Shown here one piece after another: positions 1-21,312 of a DNA stretch of 64,000 bases. The DNA comes from Escherichia coli (GTDB lineage: Bacteria > Pseudomonadota > Gammaproteobacteria > Enterobacterales > Enterobacteriaceae), in assembly GCF_044324785.1 (NCBI RefSeq), contig NZ_CP172127.1. One strand, written 5' to 3'. Position numbers and translations under genes: made by a program. The first letter of the stretch is position 1. The number at the start of each line of letters is the position of its first letter. The notes below the pieces were generated by a model. It made no database searches and was not told the origin of the DNA. It saw nothing but the letters and a program-made list of their open reading frames with translations.

Positions 1-953
1 AGGAAAGCCATTTCCAGACCATTAATCTGCGCCTGGCGGATTTGCTCGCGGGATAACCCAGCAGCCGGCGCGGCAACGGTATATTCGTGAATGATATCCA
101 CTCCCTGTACGCCGGGATCGTCAGTGTTAATGCTGGCACGAATGCCATGCTCAAGGAACGTTTTCAGCGGATGTGCCGCCAGCTCTGCCACGGTGCTGGT
201 CTGAATATTGGAGGTCAGACAGGATTCAATGCCAATTTGCTGCTCGGCGAGAAAATCCATCAGCGCCCGATCTTCAATGGCTTTTACGCCATGTCCAATA
301 CGTTCCGCCCCCAGTTCACGAATTGCCTGCCAGATGCTTTCCGGCCCGGCAGCTTCGCCTGCATGGACGGTAATATGCCAGCCCGCATCACGCGCGCGGT
401 TGAAGTGAGAAAGAAACAGACTTCCCGGGAAACCAAGTTCATCACCGGCTAAATCAAGTGCGGTAATCTGGTCACGGTGGGCTAAAAAGGCCTCCAGCTC
501 TTGCTGACAGGCGGCTTCACCGAAGGTCCGGCTCATAATGCCGATTAGCTTCGCCTGGACACCAAAGGTACGGCAACCTTCACATACGCCATCGATCACC
601 GCTTCGACAACACCCGCTACAGGCAGCTGATGAGCCATTGCCATGTAGCCCGGTGAAAAACGCAGCTCGACATAGTGCAGGCCGTTACGGGCTGCATCTT
701 CAATGTTTTCAAATGCTACGCGGCGGCAGGCATCAAGAGAGGCGAGAACTTTAACACCCCAGTCAAGTTTGGTCAGAAAGCTCACCAGATCGGGTTCGTT
801 GGCAATGACCTGAACGTGGGGAATCAGTGTTTCCAGGGATTGTGCAGGAAGCGAGATATTATACTGGCGGCCAAGTTCAAGAATGGTCTGGGGACGAATG
901 TTGCCATCAAGGTGGCGATGGATATCAGTTAATGGCAGGGTGGTATCAATCAT
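1..953 (-). CDS. add: adenosine deaminase, 3' end cut by window edge
   Basis: Minus-strand ATG at 953-951 opens [18 protein letters not shown]..., recognised Add N-terminus; frame stays open to position 1; expected position next to malY. Confidence 0.85.
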   Translation of the reverse strand, partial: MIDTTLPLTDIHRHLDGNIRPQTILELGRQYNISLPAQSLETLIPHVQVIANEPDLVSFLTKLDWGVKVLASLDACRRVAFENIEDAARNGLHYVELRFSPGYMAMAHQLPVAGVVEAVIDGVCEGCRTFGVQAKLIGIMSRTFGEAACQQELEAFLAHRDQITALDLAGDELGFPGSLFLSHFNRARDAGWHITVHAGEAAGPESIWQAIRELGAERIGHGVKAIEDRALMDFLAEQQIGIESCLTSNIQTSTVAELAAHPLKTFLEHGIRASINTDDPGVQGVDIIHEYTVAAPAAGLSREQIRQAQINGLEMAF

Positions 954-1056
954 GGTCGCACTCTTTTTCTGGATATAAAAGTGCGCACCATTATAAAAAC
1001 AAAGCAGGGTAAAAATCCACGATTGCGCAACGATTTTTTACGTTGCGCAATTGGGG

Positions 1057-2229
1057 TTAACAAACAGCGCGGATGGCGTTAATTAATCCAGCCACACCTT
1101 TTTCCAGTTTCGAACGCGGGCACCCGGCATTGAGACGGACAAAACCACGACCTTCTTCACCGTAGGTATACCCCGGCATGATCGCGACCTTCTCTTGCTC
1201 GATAAGCGCTTTTTGCAACGCGTTGTCGTCAATATTCAACGGACGTAGATCAATCCAGGCCAGATAAGTGGATTGCGGGATCTGCCAGTTGAGTTCAGGG
1301 AACGCGGAGTTCATTTTATCTGCGATATACGTCAGGTTATCTTTCAGATAGACGCGTAAGGCATCCAGCCACGGCGCGCCTTGCTGATAGGCGGCGATAT
1401 GGGCAGTTAACGCCAGTACTGAAGGGGAAGAAAGGCCATCACGTCCTTTCAGTGCCGATAAATAGGCATCACGGCTGCTGCTATTTTCTATAATCCCGTA
1501 AGCACCGGTCAGGGCGGGAATATTGAAACTTTTCGATCCCGACGTTAGCAATGCCCAGTCTCCGCGCGCCACATTACTCCAGGGAATATGCGGCTGCTCG
1601 CCCCAAACCATATCCATATGGATTTCATCGGAAATAACCCGCACACCATGACGCTCGCACAGGTCAGCCATGATCTCCAGTTCATCGCACGTCCACACTT
1701 TCCCGGTAGGATTCTGTGGGCTACACAGGAGCATAATTTTACATTCTGGTTTCGCCAACACGGCTTCCAGCTTGCCCATATCGCAAAACCAGCCGTCAGC
1801 CCGCTTCTCTAAAGCGACGGGCATTACTGTGCGCTGGTTACCTTCAATGGCCTTGTAAAATGCGTCATAGGCGGGTGTGTGGATCACCACGCCTTCACCT
1901 TTTTCAGACCACTGACGAATCAGTTCCGAGACCATATAGATAACAGAAGGGCCATACACCACCGACTGCATATCAATTGCGGTGTAATGCTGGGTGGAAA
2001 ACCAGTGGGCAATAGCCGCGAGAAACTCATCGTTTTTCCAGCGGCTGTAGCCAAACACGCCGTGCATCAGGCGCTGATTCAGCGCCTCGATAATGCAGGG
2101 GGCAGTGGCAAAATCCATGTCTGAAATCGTGAACGGTAACAGGTCAGCAGTGCCGAAACGGTCAGCGACATAATCCCACTGCGTACACCATGTGCCATGA
2201 CGATCCACGACCTTTGAAAAATCGAACAT
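1057..2229 (-). CDS. malY: MalY, PLP-dependent C-S lyase and maltose regulon modulator
   Basis: ORF of 390 aa (MFDFSKVVDRHGTWCTQWDY...), recognised sequence, expected length, downstream of malX. Confidence 0.93.
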   Translation of the reverse strand: MFDFSKVVDRHGTWCTQWDYVADRFGTADLLPFTISDMDFATAPCIIEALNQRLMHGVFGYSRWKNDEFLAAIAHWFSTQHYTAIDMQSVVYGPSVIYMVSELIRQWSEKGEGVVIHTPAYDAFYKAIEGNQRTVMPVALEKRADGWFCDMGKLEAVLAKPECKIMLLCSPQNPTGKVWTCDELEIMADLCERHGVRVISDEIHMDMVWGEQPHIPWSNVARGDWALLTSGSKSFNIPALTGAYGIIENSSSRDAYLSALKGRDGLSSPSVLALTAHIAAYQQGAPWLDALRVYLKDNLTYIADKMNSAFPELNWQIPQSTYLAWIDLRPLNIDDNALQKALIEQEKVAIMPGYTYGEEGRGFVRLNAGCPRSKLEKGVAGLINAIRAVC

Positions 2230-2238
2230 ATCTTATCC

Positions 2239-5034
<2,796 letters not shown>

Positions 5035-5145
5035 TCCTCTCTTTATCTGCTATACCTGGTAGTGTCCTTTCCTCAAGGTTAATGATAAAAAATGTGGCAC
5101 ACAGGCGGTGCCTTTTATTTTTACTGAAGTTCACAGGAGGTTTAT

Positions 5146-5913
5146 GTGTTTAATTCTGACAACCTGAGACTCGACGGAAAATGCGCCATCATCACAGGTG
5201 CGGGTGCAGGTATTGGTAAAGAAATTGCCATTACATTCGCGACAGCTGGCGCATCTGTGGTGGTCAGTGATATTAACGCCGACGCAGCCAACCATGTTGT
5301 AGACGAAATTCAACAACTGGGTGGTCAGGCATTTGCCTGCCGTTGTGATATTACTTCCGAACAGGAACTCTCTGCACTGGCAGACTTTGCCGTCAGTAAG
5401 CTGGGTAAAGTTGATATCCTGGTTAACAACGCCGGTGGCGGTGGTCCTAAACCGTTTGATATGCCAATGGCAGATTTTCGCCGTGCTTATGAACTGAATG
5501 TGTTTTCTTTTTTCCATCTGTCACAACTTGTTGCGCCAGAAATGGAAAAAAATGGCGGTGGCGTTATTCTGACCATCACTTCTATGGCGGCAGAAAATAA
5601 AAATATAAACATGACTTCCTATGCATCATCTAAAGCTGCGGCCAGTCATCTGGTCAGAAATATGGCATTTGACCTGGGTGAAAAAAATATTCGGGTAAAT
5701 GGCATTGCGCCGGGGGCAATATTAACCGATGCCCTGAAATCCGTTATTACACCAGAAATTGAACAAAAAATGTTACAGCACACGCCGATCAGACGTCTGG
5801 GCCAACCGCAAGATATTGCTAACGCGGCGCTATTCCTTTGCTCGCCTGCAGCCAGCTGGGTAAGCGGACAAATCCTCACGGTCTCCGGTGGGGGGGTACA
5901 GGAGCTCAATTAA
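5146..5913 (+). CDS. hdhA: 7-alpha-hydroxysteroid dehydrogenase (SDR family), GTG start
   Basis: ORF 255 aa, Rossmann motif TGAGAGIG, recognised HdhA; first codon is GTG. Confidence 0.92.
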   Translation: MFNSDNLRLDGKCAIITGAGAGIGKEIAITFATAGASVVVSDINADAANHVVDEIQQLGGQAFACRCDITSEQELSALADFAVSKLGKVDILVNNAGGGGPKPFDMPMADFRRAYELNVFSFFHLSQLVAPEMEKNGGGVILTITSMAAENKNINMTSYASSKAAASHLVRNMAFDLGEKNIRVNGIAPGAILTDALKSVITPEIEQKMLQHTPIRRLGQPQDIANAALFLCSPAASWVSGQILTVSGGGVQELN

Positions 5914-5925
5914 TACACTAACGGA

Positions 5926-5956
5926 CCGGTAAACAACCGTGCGTGTTGTTTACCGG
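5926..5956 (+). other. Perfect 12-bp stem hairpin downstream of hdhA (CCGGTAAACAAC / GTTGTTTACCGG), no T-run
   Basis: Inverted repeat read directly; lacks a U tract so may be a weak terminator or protein-binding palindrome. Confidence 0.4.
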
Positions 5957-6133
5957 GATAAACTCATCAAAGTCTCTGCTAAATAACTGGCAGCCAAATC
6001 ACGGCTATTGGTTAACCAATTTCAGAGTGAAAAGTATACGAATAGAGTGTGCCTTCGCACTATTCAATAGCAATGATAGGCGCTCACCTGACAACGCGGT
6101 AAACTAGTTATTCACGCTAACTATAATGGTTTA

Positions 6134-6724
6134 ATGATGGATAACATGCAGACTGAAGCACAACCGACACGGACCCGGATCCTCAATGCTGCCAGAGAGA
6201 TTTTTTCAGAAAATGGATTTCACAGTGCCTCGATGAAAGCCATCTGTAAATCTTGCGCCATTAGTCCCGGGACGCTCTATCACCATTTCATCTCCAAAGA
6301 AGCCTTGATTCAGGCGATTATCCTACAGGACCAGGAGAGGGCGCTGGCCCGTTTCCGGGAACCGATTGAAGGGATTCATTTCGTTGACTACATGGTCGAG
6401 TCCATTGTCTCTCTCACCCATGAAGCCTTTGGACAACGGGCGCTGGTGGTTGAAATTATGGCGGAAGGGATGCGTAACCCACAGGTCGCCGCCATGCTTA
6501 AAAATAAGCATATGACGATTACGGAATTTGTTGCCCAGCGGATGCGTGATGCCCAGCAAAAAGGCGAGATAAGCCCAGACATCAACACGGCAATGACTTC
6601 ACGTTTACTGCTGGATCTGACCTACGGTGTACTGGCCGATATCGAAGCGGAAGACCTGGCGCGTGAAGCGTCGTTTGCTCAGGGATTACGCGCGATGATT
6701 GGCGGTATCTTAACCGCATCCTGA
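6134..6724 (+). CDS. uidR: TetR-family repressor of the glucuronide operon
   Basis: ORF 196 aa (MMDNMQTEAQPTRTRILNAAREIF...), directly upstream of uidA. Confidence 0.92.
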   Translation: MMDNMQTEAQPTRTRILNAAREIFSENGFHSASMKAICKSCAISPGTLYHHFISKEALIQAIILQDQERALARFREPIEGIHFVDYMVESIVSLTHEAFGQRALVVEIMAEGMRNPQVAAMLKNKHMTITEFVAQRMRDAQQKGEISPDINTAMTSRLLLDLTYGVLADIEAEDLAREASFAQGLRAMIGGILTAS

Positions 6725-7063
6725 TCCTCTCTCTCTTTCCGCGGGCTGGTGACAACTGAGCCCGCGTTTCATATCGTAATTTCTCTGTGCAAAAATCATC
6801 CTCCCCGGGAGCGGAGAATTCCCCCCCAAATATTCACCGTAGTCATATGTCATGAGAGTTTATCGTTCCCAATATGCTCGAACGAACGTTCGATTGCTTA
6901 TTTTGTGTCTTATGTCAACGCTGTTTTAAAGATTAATGCGATCTATATCACGCTGTGGGTATTGCAGTTTTTGGTTTTTTGATCGCGGTGTCAGTTCTTT
7001 TTATTTCCATTTCTCTTCCATGGGTTTCTCACAGATAACTGTGTGCAACACAGAATTGGTTAA

Positions 7064-10296
<3,233 letters not shown>

Positions 10297-10334
10297 TATT
10301 CAATAAAAATAATCAGAACATCAAAGGTGCAACT

Positions 10335-11600
10335 ATGAGAAAAATAGTGGCCATGGCCGTTATTTGCCTGACGGCTGCCTCTGGCCTTACCTCTGCTTAC
10401 GCGGCGCAACTGGCTGACGATGAAGCGGGACTACGCATCAGACTGAAAAATGAATTACGCAGGGCTGATAAGCCCAGTGCTGGCGCGGGAAGAGATATTT
10501 ACGCATGGGTACAGGGAGGATTGCTCGATTTCAATAGTGGTTATTATTCCAATATTATTGGCGTTGAAGGCGGGGCGTATTATGTTTATAAATTAGGTGC
10601 TCGTGCTGATATGAGTACCCGGTGGTATCTTGATGGTGATAAAAGTTTTGGTTTTGCCCTCGGTGCAGTAAAAATAAAACCCAGTGAAAATAGCCTGCTT
10701 AAATTAGGTCGCTTCGGGACGGATTATAGTTATGGTAGCTTACCTTATCGTATTCCGTTAATTGCTGGCAGTTCGCAACGTACATTACCGACAGTTTCTG
10801 AAGGAGCATTAGGTTACTGGGCTTTAACGCCAAATATTGATCTGTGGGGAATGTGGCGGTCACGAGTATTTTTATGGACCGATTCAACAACCGGTATTCG
10901 TGATGAAGGGGTGTATAACAGCCTGACGGGAAAATACGATAAACATCGCGCACGTTCTTTTTTAGCCGCCAGTTGGCATGATGATACCAGTCGCTATTCT
11001 CTGGGGGCATCGGTACAGAAAGATGTATCCAATCAGATACAAAGTATTCTCGAGAAAAGCATACCGCTTGACCCGAATTATACGTTGAAAGGGGAGTTGC
11101 TCGGCTTTTACGCGCAACTCGAAGGTTTAAGTCGTAATACCAGCCAGCCCAATGAAACGGCGTTGGTTAGTGGACAATTGACCTGGAATGCGCCGTGGGG
11201 AAGCGTATTTGGCAGTGGTGGTTATTTGCGCCATGCAATGAATGGTGCCGTGGTGGATACCGACATTGGCTATCCCTTTTCATTAAGTCTTGATCGTAAC
11301 CGTGAAGGAATGCAGTCCTGGCAATTGGGCGTCAACTATCGTTTAACGCCGCAATTTACACTGACATTTGCACCGATTGTGACTCGCGGCTATGAATCCA
11401 GTAAACGAGATGTGCGTATTGAAGGCGCGGGTATCTTAGGTGGTATGAACTATCGGGTCAGCGAAGGGCCGTTACAAGGGATGAATTTCTTTCTTGCTGC
11501 CGATAAAGGGCGGGAAAAGCGAGATGGCAGTACACTGGGCGATCACCTGAATTACTGGGATGTGAAAATGAGTATTCAGTATGACTTTATGCTGAAGTAA
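10335..11600 (+). CDS. uidC: outer-membrane glucuronide porin
   Basis: ORF 421 aa with signal peptide (MRKIVAMAVICLTAASGLTSAYA), third gene of uid operon. Confidence 0.9.
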   Translation: MRKIVAMAVICLTAASGLTSAYAAQLADDEAGLRIRLKNELRRADKPSAGAGRDIYAWVQGGLLDFNSGYYSNIIGVEGGAYYVYKLGARADMSTRWYLDGDKSFGFALGAVKIKPSENSLLKLGRFGTDYSYGSLPYRIPLIAGSSQRTLPTVSEGALGYWALTPNIDLWGMWRSRVFLWTDSTTGIRDEGVYNSLTGKYDKHRARSFLAASWHDDTSRYSLGASVQKDVSNQIQSILEKSIPLDPNYTLKGELLGFYAQLEGLSRNTSQPNETALVSGQLTWNAPWGSVFGSGGYLRHAMNGAVVDTDIGYPFSLSLDRNREGMQSWQLGVNYRLTPQFTLTFAPIVTRGYESSKRDVRIEGAGILGGMNYRVSEGPLQGMNFFLAADKGREKRDGSTLGDHLNYWDVKMSIQYDFMLK

Positions 11601-11609
11601 GAAAAAAAT

Positions 11610-11636
11610 GCCGGAGAGAAAAATCTCCGGCGTTTT
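11610..11636. terminator. Bidirectional rho-independent terminator between uidC and ydgA
   Basis: Hairpin GCCGGAGAG-aaaaa-TCTCCGGC followed by GTTTT; A-run on the other side. Confidence 0.75.
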
Positions 11637-11645
11637 GGCTGTGAA

Positions 11646-13154
11646 TTACTGCTGCGGAATAGCGGGTACAGCCGGAACGTTTAATGCCGGCATCGCAAAC
11701 ATCCCAACAAAATCTTCCAGTGGCATTTTCTGCCCGTTTAACGTGATCTGACCGTTAGCATATTGCAGGCTGGTGGTGATGGTATTGTCCTGCAAGGTGG
11801 TCAGACGGAACATCTGCCCCATTGCTGATGCACCTTCAACTTGCTGTTTCGCCAGTTTTTTCGCTTGATCTTCCTGATAACCTTCCAGCTTCGCTACCTG
11901 AGTCATAAACTCAGTTGCCATATCCACCGGAATGGTCAGTTTCGCATCCAGAGATTTAACCGAACGATCTACTTCCTGCGCCAGCGTTTGCGGCGCTTCT
12001 TTAGTCGTTGCCGGATCTTTCACGAACAGCGACAGATTCAGCGCACTTTCACCCTGACTGTTTTTCCAGCTTAGCGGCGCGATAGTAATCACCGGATCGC
12101 CTTTCAACATCAGCGGCAGGGCGCTAAAGAAGGCTTCCGTCACTTTTTCCTGATAAAGTTCGGGATTGTTGGCAATTTCTGGCTGTGCCAGCAGCGCCTG
12201 AGTTTGCGCGTTATATTGCTGGCTAAACTGATGCCAGGCTTCGCCATCAATTTGGCCGACTTTTAAAGTCAGCTTGCCGCTGCCCAGATCCTGATTCTGT
12301 ACCTTCAGGCTGTTTAGCGAGTAATCCAGTTGGCTATTGATCGTTTTACCGTCATTGACCAGATCCGATTTACCGCTGATCTCCATGCCTTCCAGCAGTG
12401 CCAGTTCTTTGCTTTCCACTGAAATGGTCATTTTTTCCAGTGACAGTTTTTGATTTCCTACGCGCTCACCAAAACTTGCCAGCGTGCTGGAACCGTCGGT
12501 TTTCAGATTATTAAAGGTCAACTGTACTTTCTGGTTGTATTCGTTAACCGCGTCTATCCGACCACTTTGCGCCTCCCCGGAAAGGGAGATAGCTTTGCCG
12601 TCTCTGTCTGCATTTAACTGGAACTCGCCGCCGCTAAAGGCGACTTTTTCATCCTTTTGCTCGTAATTCAGTGGCTTGAGCGAAATATCGGAACTGGAAT
12701 CTCCGCTGTAACCAATGCGGGAGTTAATCTCAAAAGGCGTTTCACCTTTTGCCATATCAAACAGTGGCTTGCTAACTTCGTTATTAACCAGCGTGGTTTG
12801 AATTGATGCCATCGACGGGATCAGGTTCAGTTTTTTTAGCTGGGCAAGGGGGAAGGGACCATGATCAACCGATTCGTTGAAGATGACGCTCTGACCGCTT
12901 TTAATCCACGGATTTTCTTTCCCGGCAATGGGTTTCACCAATAGTTGCAGCTGACTGCTGAATACGCCGCGATGATAGTTTTGATAACTCACTTCCAGGT
13001 TGGATTCAGGAGCGGTCAGTTTGAGTTGCGCGTTCGCCTGCGCGACCATGTCTTCGAGATGGGTTTCAATCTTCTTGCCTGTATACCATGCGCCGCCTGT
13101 CCAGACTACGCCTAGCGCAACAATGACGCCTACCGCTACCAGCGATTTATTCAT
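11646..13154 (-). CDS. ydgA: YdgA, DUF945 periplasmic/membrane-anchored protein
   Basis: ORF 502 aa with N-terminal anchor (MNKSLVAVGVIVALGVVWTGGAWY...), expected position. Confidence 0.88.
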   Translation of the reverse strand: MNKSLVAVGVIVALGVVWTGGAWYTGKKIETHLEDMVAQANAQLKLTAPESNLEVSYQNYHRGVFSSQLQLLVKPIAGKENPWIKSGQSVIFNESVDHGPFPLAQLKKLNLIPSMASIQTTLVNNEVSKPLFDMAKGETPFEINSRIGYSGDSSSDISLKPLNYEQKDEKVAFSGGEFQLNADRDGKAISLSGEAQSGRIDAVNEYNQKVQLTFNNLKTDGSSTLASFGERVGNQKLSLEKMTISVESKELALLEGMEISGKSDLVNDGKTINSQLDYSLNSLKVQNQDLGSGKLTLKVGQIDGEAWHQFSQQYNAQTQALLAQPEIANNPELYQEKVTEAFFSALPLMLKGDPVITIAPLSWKNSQGESALNLSLFVKDPATTKEAPQTLAQEVDRSVKSLDAKLTIPVDMATEFMTQVAKLEGYQEDQAKKLAKQQVEGASAMGQMFRLTTLQDNTITTSLQYANGQITLNGQKMPLEDFVGMFAMPALNVPAVPAIPQQ

Positions 13155-13254
13155 AATGATTATCCATAAAATGAAATCAGGCGGACTGGCCGCCTGAAGG
13201 TGTTATAAGCCTTTAATAAGCTTAGCAAGAGATGTTAATTTTTTCAGTAAGCTC

Positions 13255-14430
13255 TTACAGCTTGTTGTAAACACGCGCTAAACGGCCGTGGCCTTTGACA
13301 GTCACCGGTGATTCGTTGGCGGCAATAAACGCTGATTCACCCGGTTTAAGCTGTAACTGCTGAGAACCTTTACACAGAGTTGCATCGCCTTCGACGCAGA
13401 ACAAAATGGCGGCACTCTGCTGGCTGATGGTGGTTTCTTTATCACTAAGGTCATGCAGCGAGAAGGCAAAATCATCAACAGGAATCGGGAAGTCCAGTTC
13501 TGCACCTTGTTTCACCGGCTGGGTCAACAACTGGTTAGCCGGTTTGGCTTCGAACTTCACATTGGCAACCAGTTCCGGAATATCAATGTATTTAGGCGTC
13601 AGACCCGCACGCAGCACGTTATCGGAGTTCGCCATCACTTCCAGCGCCACGCCTTGCAGGTAAGCGTGCGGTGTTTCAGCGAACAGGAACATCGCTTCGC
13701 CAGGGTTCAATTTCACCACATTCAGCAATAGCGGGGAGAACAGACCGCTGTCTTCCGGGTAAAATTCAGAAATTAAACGAATCGTTTGCCACGGTTCACC
13801 CTGCTGGCTGTCAAGGGCCGATTTTAAAATCGCCAGCGCGCGGGATTTTTCTTCACCCTGCATATTCAACAGGCTGGCGAACAGTTCGCTTAAACGTTCG
13901 GCATCAGGCTGTTGTAAAAAGTGAGCAATCGCCGGATGTGCACCTGCGACCGGCTGGAGCAGGGAGACAATCTCGGAAAACTCACGAAACGCGTTCATCG
14001 CAAGGAAAGGCGTCAGCGCAAAAACCAGCTCCGGCTTGTGGTTAGGATCTTTATAGTTACGCTCGGCGGCATCCATCGGAATACCTGCGGCATTTTCTTT
14101 GGCAAAACCGATTTCAGAATTGCGTTTGTTTGGATGAACCTGAATGGAGAGCGGCTGTGCTGCGCATAATACTTTGAACAGGAAAGGCAGTTCGCCAAAG
14201 CGTTTGGCAACGGCCTCTCCGAGCAGAGTCGATTTATCACTCTCAATCACATCACGCAGTGAAACGATATCTCCGGCGGCATTCTGCACCCGTGAACTGC
14301 TTTTCGGATGTGCGCCCATCCACAGCTCGGCCATCGGCTGGCTGGACGGATTTTCCATACCATAAAGTTCAGTCAACGCCGTTTTGCTGCCCCAGGCATA
14401 GTTTTGCACTGAGTTAATGAGTTTTTGCAT
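13255..14430 (-). CDS. manA: mannose-6-phosphate isomerase
   Basis: Start placed at internal Met MQKLINSVQNYAWGSKTALTELYG... giving 391 aa; recognised ManA. Confidence 0.93.
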   Translation of the reverse strand: MQKLINSVQNYAWGSKTALTELYGMENPSSQPMAELWMGAHPKSSSRVQNAAGDIVSLRDVIESDKSTLLGEAVAKRFGELPFLFKVLCAAQPLSIQVHPNKRNSEIGFAKENAAGIPMDAAERNYKDPNHKPELVFALTPFLAMNAFREFSEIVSLLQPVAGAHPAIAHFLQQPDAERLSELFASLLNMQGEEKSRALAILKSALDSQQGEPWQTIRLISEFYPEDSGLFSPLLLNVVKLNPGEAMFLFAETPHAYLQGVALEVMANSDNVLRAGLTPKYIDIPELVANVKFEAKPANQLLTQPVKQGAELDFPIPVDDFAFSLHDLSDKETTISQQSAAILFCVEGDATLCKGSQQLQLKPGESAFIAANESPVTVKGHGRLARVYNKL

Positions 14431-14628
14431 GATCAATCCCTGTTTAAATGTGGAAATTAATCCCGCTATTAAAGCAAGAATCCTACGGGAAGTAACCTGG
14501 AGCCGCAAAAAGTCGTACTAGTCTCAGTTTTTGTTAAAAAACTGTGTAGGATATTGTTACTCGCTTTTAACAGGGCAACGGAACACCCGCCCAGAGCATA
14601 ACCAAACCAGGCAGTAAGTGAGAGAACA

Positions 14629-16275
14629 ATGTCAAACAAACCCTTTCATTATCAGGCTCCTTTTCCACTCAAAAAAGATGATACTGAGTATTACCTGCTA
14701 ACCAGCGAACACGTTAGCGTATCTGAATTTGAAGGGCAGGAGATTTTGAAAGTCGCACCCGAAGCGTTAACTTTGTTGGCGCGTCAAGCGTTTCATGATG
14801 CGTCATTTATGCTGCGTCCGGCTCACCAACAACAGGTGGCCGACATTCTGCGTGACCCGGAAGCCAGCGAAAATGATAAATATGTGGCGCTGCAATTCCT
14901 GCGTAACTCCGACATCGCCGCAAAAGGCGTTCTGCCAACCTGTCAGGATACCGGCACCGCGATTATTGTTGGTAAAAAAGGGCAGCGTGTATGGACCGGT
15001 GGTGGTGATGAAGCGGCGCTGGCGCGCGGTGTTTATAACACTTATATCGAAGATAATCTGCGCTACTCGCAAAACGCGCCGCTGGATATGTATAAAGAGG
15101 TGAATACCGGTACCAACTTGCCGGCGCAGATCGATCTTTATGCCGTTGATGGCGACGAGTACAAATTCCTCTGTATCGCCAAAGGTGGCGGTTCGGCAAA
15201 CAAGACGTATCTGTATCAGGAAACCAAAGCGTTACTGACGCCGGGAAAACTGAAAAATTACCTGGTTGAGAAAATGCGCACGCTGGGTACGGCAGCCTGT
15301 CCTCCCTATCATATTGCATTTGTGATTGGTGGAACTTCTGCGGAAACGAACCTTAAAACGGTGAAACTGGCTTCCGCTAAATACTATGATGAACTGCCAA
15401 CGGAAGGGAATGAGCACGGTCAGGCGTTCCGCGATGTGGAACTGGAAAAAGAATTGCTGATCGAAGCGCAAAATCTTGGTCTGGGTGCGCAGTTTGGTGG
15501 TAAATACTTCGCTCACGACATCCGCGTGATTCGCCTGCCACGTCACGGCGCATCCTGCCCAGTCGGAATGGGCGTCTCCTGTTCTGCTGACCGTAATATC
15601 AAAGCGAAGATCAACCGTCAGGGGATCTGGATCGAAAAACTGGAACATAATCCAGGCAAATACATTCCGGAAGAGCTGCGCAAAGCGGGAGAAGGCGAAG
15701 CGGTGCGCGTTGATCTTAACCGTCCGATGAAAGAGATCCTCGCACAGTTGTCGCAGTATCCCGTTTCTACACGCTTATCGCTGAATGGCACGATTATCGT
15801 TGGTCGTGATATTGCTCACGCCAAACTGAAAGAGCGGATGGATAACGGCGAAGGGCTGCCGCAGTATATTAAAGATCATCCGATTTACTACGCGGGTCCG
15901 GCCAAAACGCCGGAAGGTTATGCCTCCGGTTCTCTTGGCCCAACGACCGCCGGACGGATGGATTCTTATGTCGATCAACTGCAAGCGCAGGGCGGAAGTA
16001 TGATCATGCTGGCGAAAGGCAACCGCAGCCAGCAGGTGACGGATGCCTGTAAAAAACACGGCGGCTTCTACCTTGGCAGTATCGGTGGTCCGGCCGCTGT
16101 ATTGGCGCAGGGAAGTATTAAGAGCCTGGAATGTGTTGAATATCCGGAACTGGGAATGGAAGCCATCTGGAAAATTGAAGTGGAAGATTTCCCGGCGTTT
16201 ATCCTTGTGGATGATAAAGGAAATGACTTCTTCCAGCAGATACAACTCACACAATGCACCCGCTGTGTGAAATAA
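14629..16275 (+). CDS. fumA: class I fumarate hydratase (Fe-S)
   Basis: ORF 548 aa ([29 protein letters not shown]...), recognised FumA. Confidence 0.95.
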   Translation: MSNKPFHYQAPFPLKKDDTEYYLLTSEHVSVSEFEGQEILKVAPEALTLLARQAFHDASFMLRPAHQQQVADILRDPEASENDKYVALQFLRNSDIAAKGVLPTCQDTGTAIIVGKKGQRVWTGGGDEAALARGVYNTYIEDNLRYSQNAPLDMYKEVNTGTNLPAQIDLYAVDGDEYKFLCIAKGGGSANKTYLYQETKALLTPGKLKNYLVEKMRTLGTAACPPYHIAFVIGGTSAETNLKTVKLASAKYYDELPTEGNEHGQAFRDVELEKELLIEAQNLGLGAQFGGKYFAHDIRVIRLPRHGASCPVGMGVSCSADRNIKAKINRQGIWIEKLEHNPGKYIPEELRKAGEGEAVRVDLNRPMKEILAQLSQYPVSTRLSLNGTIIVGRDIAHAKLKERMDNGEGLPQYIKDHPIYYAGPAKTPEGYASGSLGPTTAGRMDSYVDQLQAQGGSMIMLAKGNRSQQVTDACKKHGGFYLGSIGGPAAVLAQGSIKSLECVEYPELGMEAIWKIEVEDFPAFILVDDKGNDFFQQIQLTQCTRCVK

Positions 16276-16280
16276 ACAGA

Positions 16281-16304
16281 GCCGCCCTTCGGGGCGGTTT
16301 TTTT
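16281..16304 (+). terminator. Rho-independent terminator after fumA
   Basis: GCCGCCC-ttc-GGGGCGG hairpin followed by TTTTTTT. Confidence 0.85.
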
Positions 16305-16417
16305 ACATGGCACGAAAGACCAAACATTTGTTATCAAATAGTAAATAATGAGTGAGCTAAAAGTTGCTTAACGAAAGCAAAACAGAAAGAAAAAATTAAT
16401 CAGGTGAGGAGCAGGCC

Positions 16418-20125
<3,708 letters not shown>

Positions 20126-20128
20126 CGC

Positions 20129-20848
20129 TTATTCCCATGCATGAGGCGCAAAAAGATAGCCTTTGTTACGCACAGTTTTAATGCGATAAGGTTCTGCGGC
20201 GTTATCGAGCAGTTTTTTTCTTAACCGCGAAATAGCCACGTCCACGCTACGATCCAGTCCGTCATAACTGACGCCACGTAAATTTTTCAGCAATGCATCG
20301 CGGTCCATGATTTGCCCAGCATGGGTAGCTAATTCCCACAATAATTCGAAATCAGCTGTCGAGAGCGAGATTTCAGTGTTAGCCAGGGTGACTACGCGGT
20401 TGATAGGATCGATGGTCAACGTGCCGAAATGCAGGGCTTTGTAGGGAGTCAGAGACGTTTCCTGAAGACCTTTGCTCAGTGTGGCTTGCTCATTTTGACG
20501 CAAATGCAAACGTAAGCGCGCTAACAATACAGCAGGGGGCGTCGTTTTGAGAATATAGTCGCAGGCACCCATTTCCAGTGCCAGGATGTGGTTCATATCG
20601 CTATCGAGAGAGGTTAGAAGAACAATCGGTCCGGACCACTTTGCGCGTAAATCACGACAAATGGTCATGCCGTCCTTGCCTGGTAGCATGATATCGAGTA
20701 ACACCAAATCCGGATTTTCTCGCAGAATAGTTTCTTCGGCCTGGTCGCCGCGCGGCTCTACGGTAACCTGCATATCATGTTTTGCCAGGTACGCGGCAAT
20801 CAGTGAACCGACTTCCGCATCATCTTCAACAAATACGATAGTGTTCAT
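20129..20848 (-). CDS. rstA: OmpR-family response regulator RstA
   Basis: Start at internal Met MNTIVFVEDDAEV... giving 239 aa; receiver plus winged-helix. Confidence 0.9.
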   Translation of the reverse strand: MNTIVFVEDDAEVGSLIAAYLAKHDMQVTVEPRGDQAEETILRENPDLVLLDIMLPGKDGMTICRDLRAKWSGPIVLLTSLDSDMNHILALEMGACDYILKTTPPAVLLARLRLHLRQNEQATLSKGLQETSLTPYKALHFGTLTIDPINRVVTLANTEISLSTADFELLWELATHAGQIMDRDALLKNLRGVSYDGLDRSVDVAISRLRKKLLDNAAEPYRIKTVRNKGYLFAPHAWE

Positions 20849-20976
20849 ATTATTCACGGTAGATATAAAAACGTCACAATACACCGCGCTGTTTTTACTT
20901 ACTATCAATCGTTTCTAAACAAGTTTTCATCAGGTATTCTACTGATGACTTGTTATGGAAGTGTTAAGGTAAAAAG

Positions 20977-21312
20977 ATGGGGCTGGTAATCAAAGCCGCG
21001 CTCGGTGCGCTGGTAGTGCTGTTGATTGGTGTTTTAGCAAAAACGAAAAATTATTATATCGCCGGGCTGATTCCACTTTTCCCGACCTTTGCGCTTATCG
21101 CGCATTATATTGTTGCCAGCGAACGCGGCATTGAAGCCTTACGCGCAACCATCATTTTTAGCATGTGGTCGATTATTCCCTATTTTGTTTACCTGGCGTC
21201 GCTGTGGTATTTCACCGGAATGATGCGCTTGCCCGCCGCTTTTGTTGGTTCTGTTGCGTGTTGGGGGATAAGCGCATGGGTGTTGATTATATGCTGGATA
21301 AAGCTGCATTAA
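20977..21312 (+). CDS. ydgC: GlpM-family inner membrane protein
   Basis: ORF 111 aa, hydrophobic, expected position divergent from rstA. Confidence 0.85.
   Translation: MGLVIKAALGALVVLLIGVLAKTKNYYIAGLIPLFPTFALIAHYIVASERGIEALRATIIFSMWSIIPYFVYLASLWYFTGMMRLPAAFVGSVACWGISAWVLIICWIKLH

Noticed and set aside
20849-20976. PhoP-box-like sequence TGTTTA-gaaac-GATTGA upstream of rstA
   Set aside because: Only the first half-site matches the (T/G)GTTTA consensus well; too weak to call without a matrix score.
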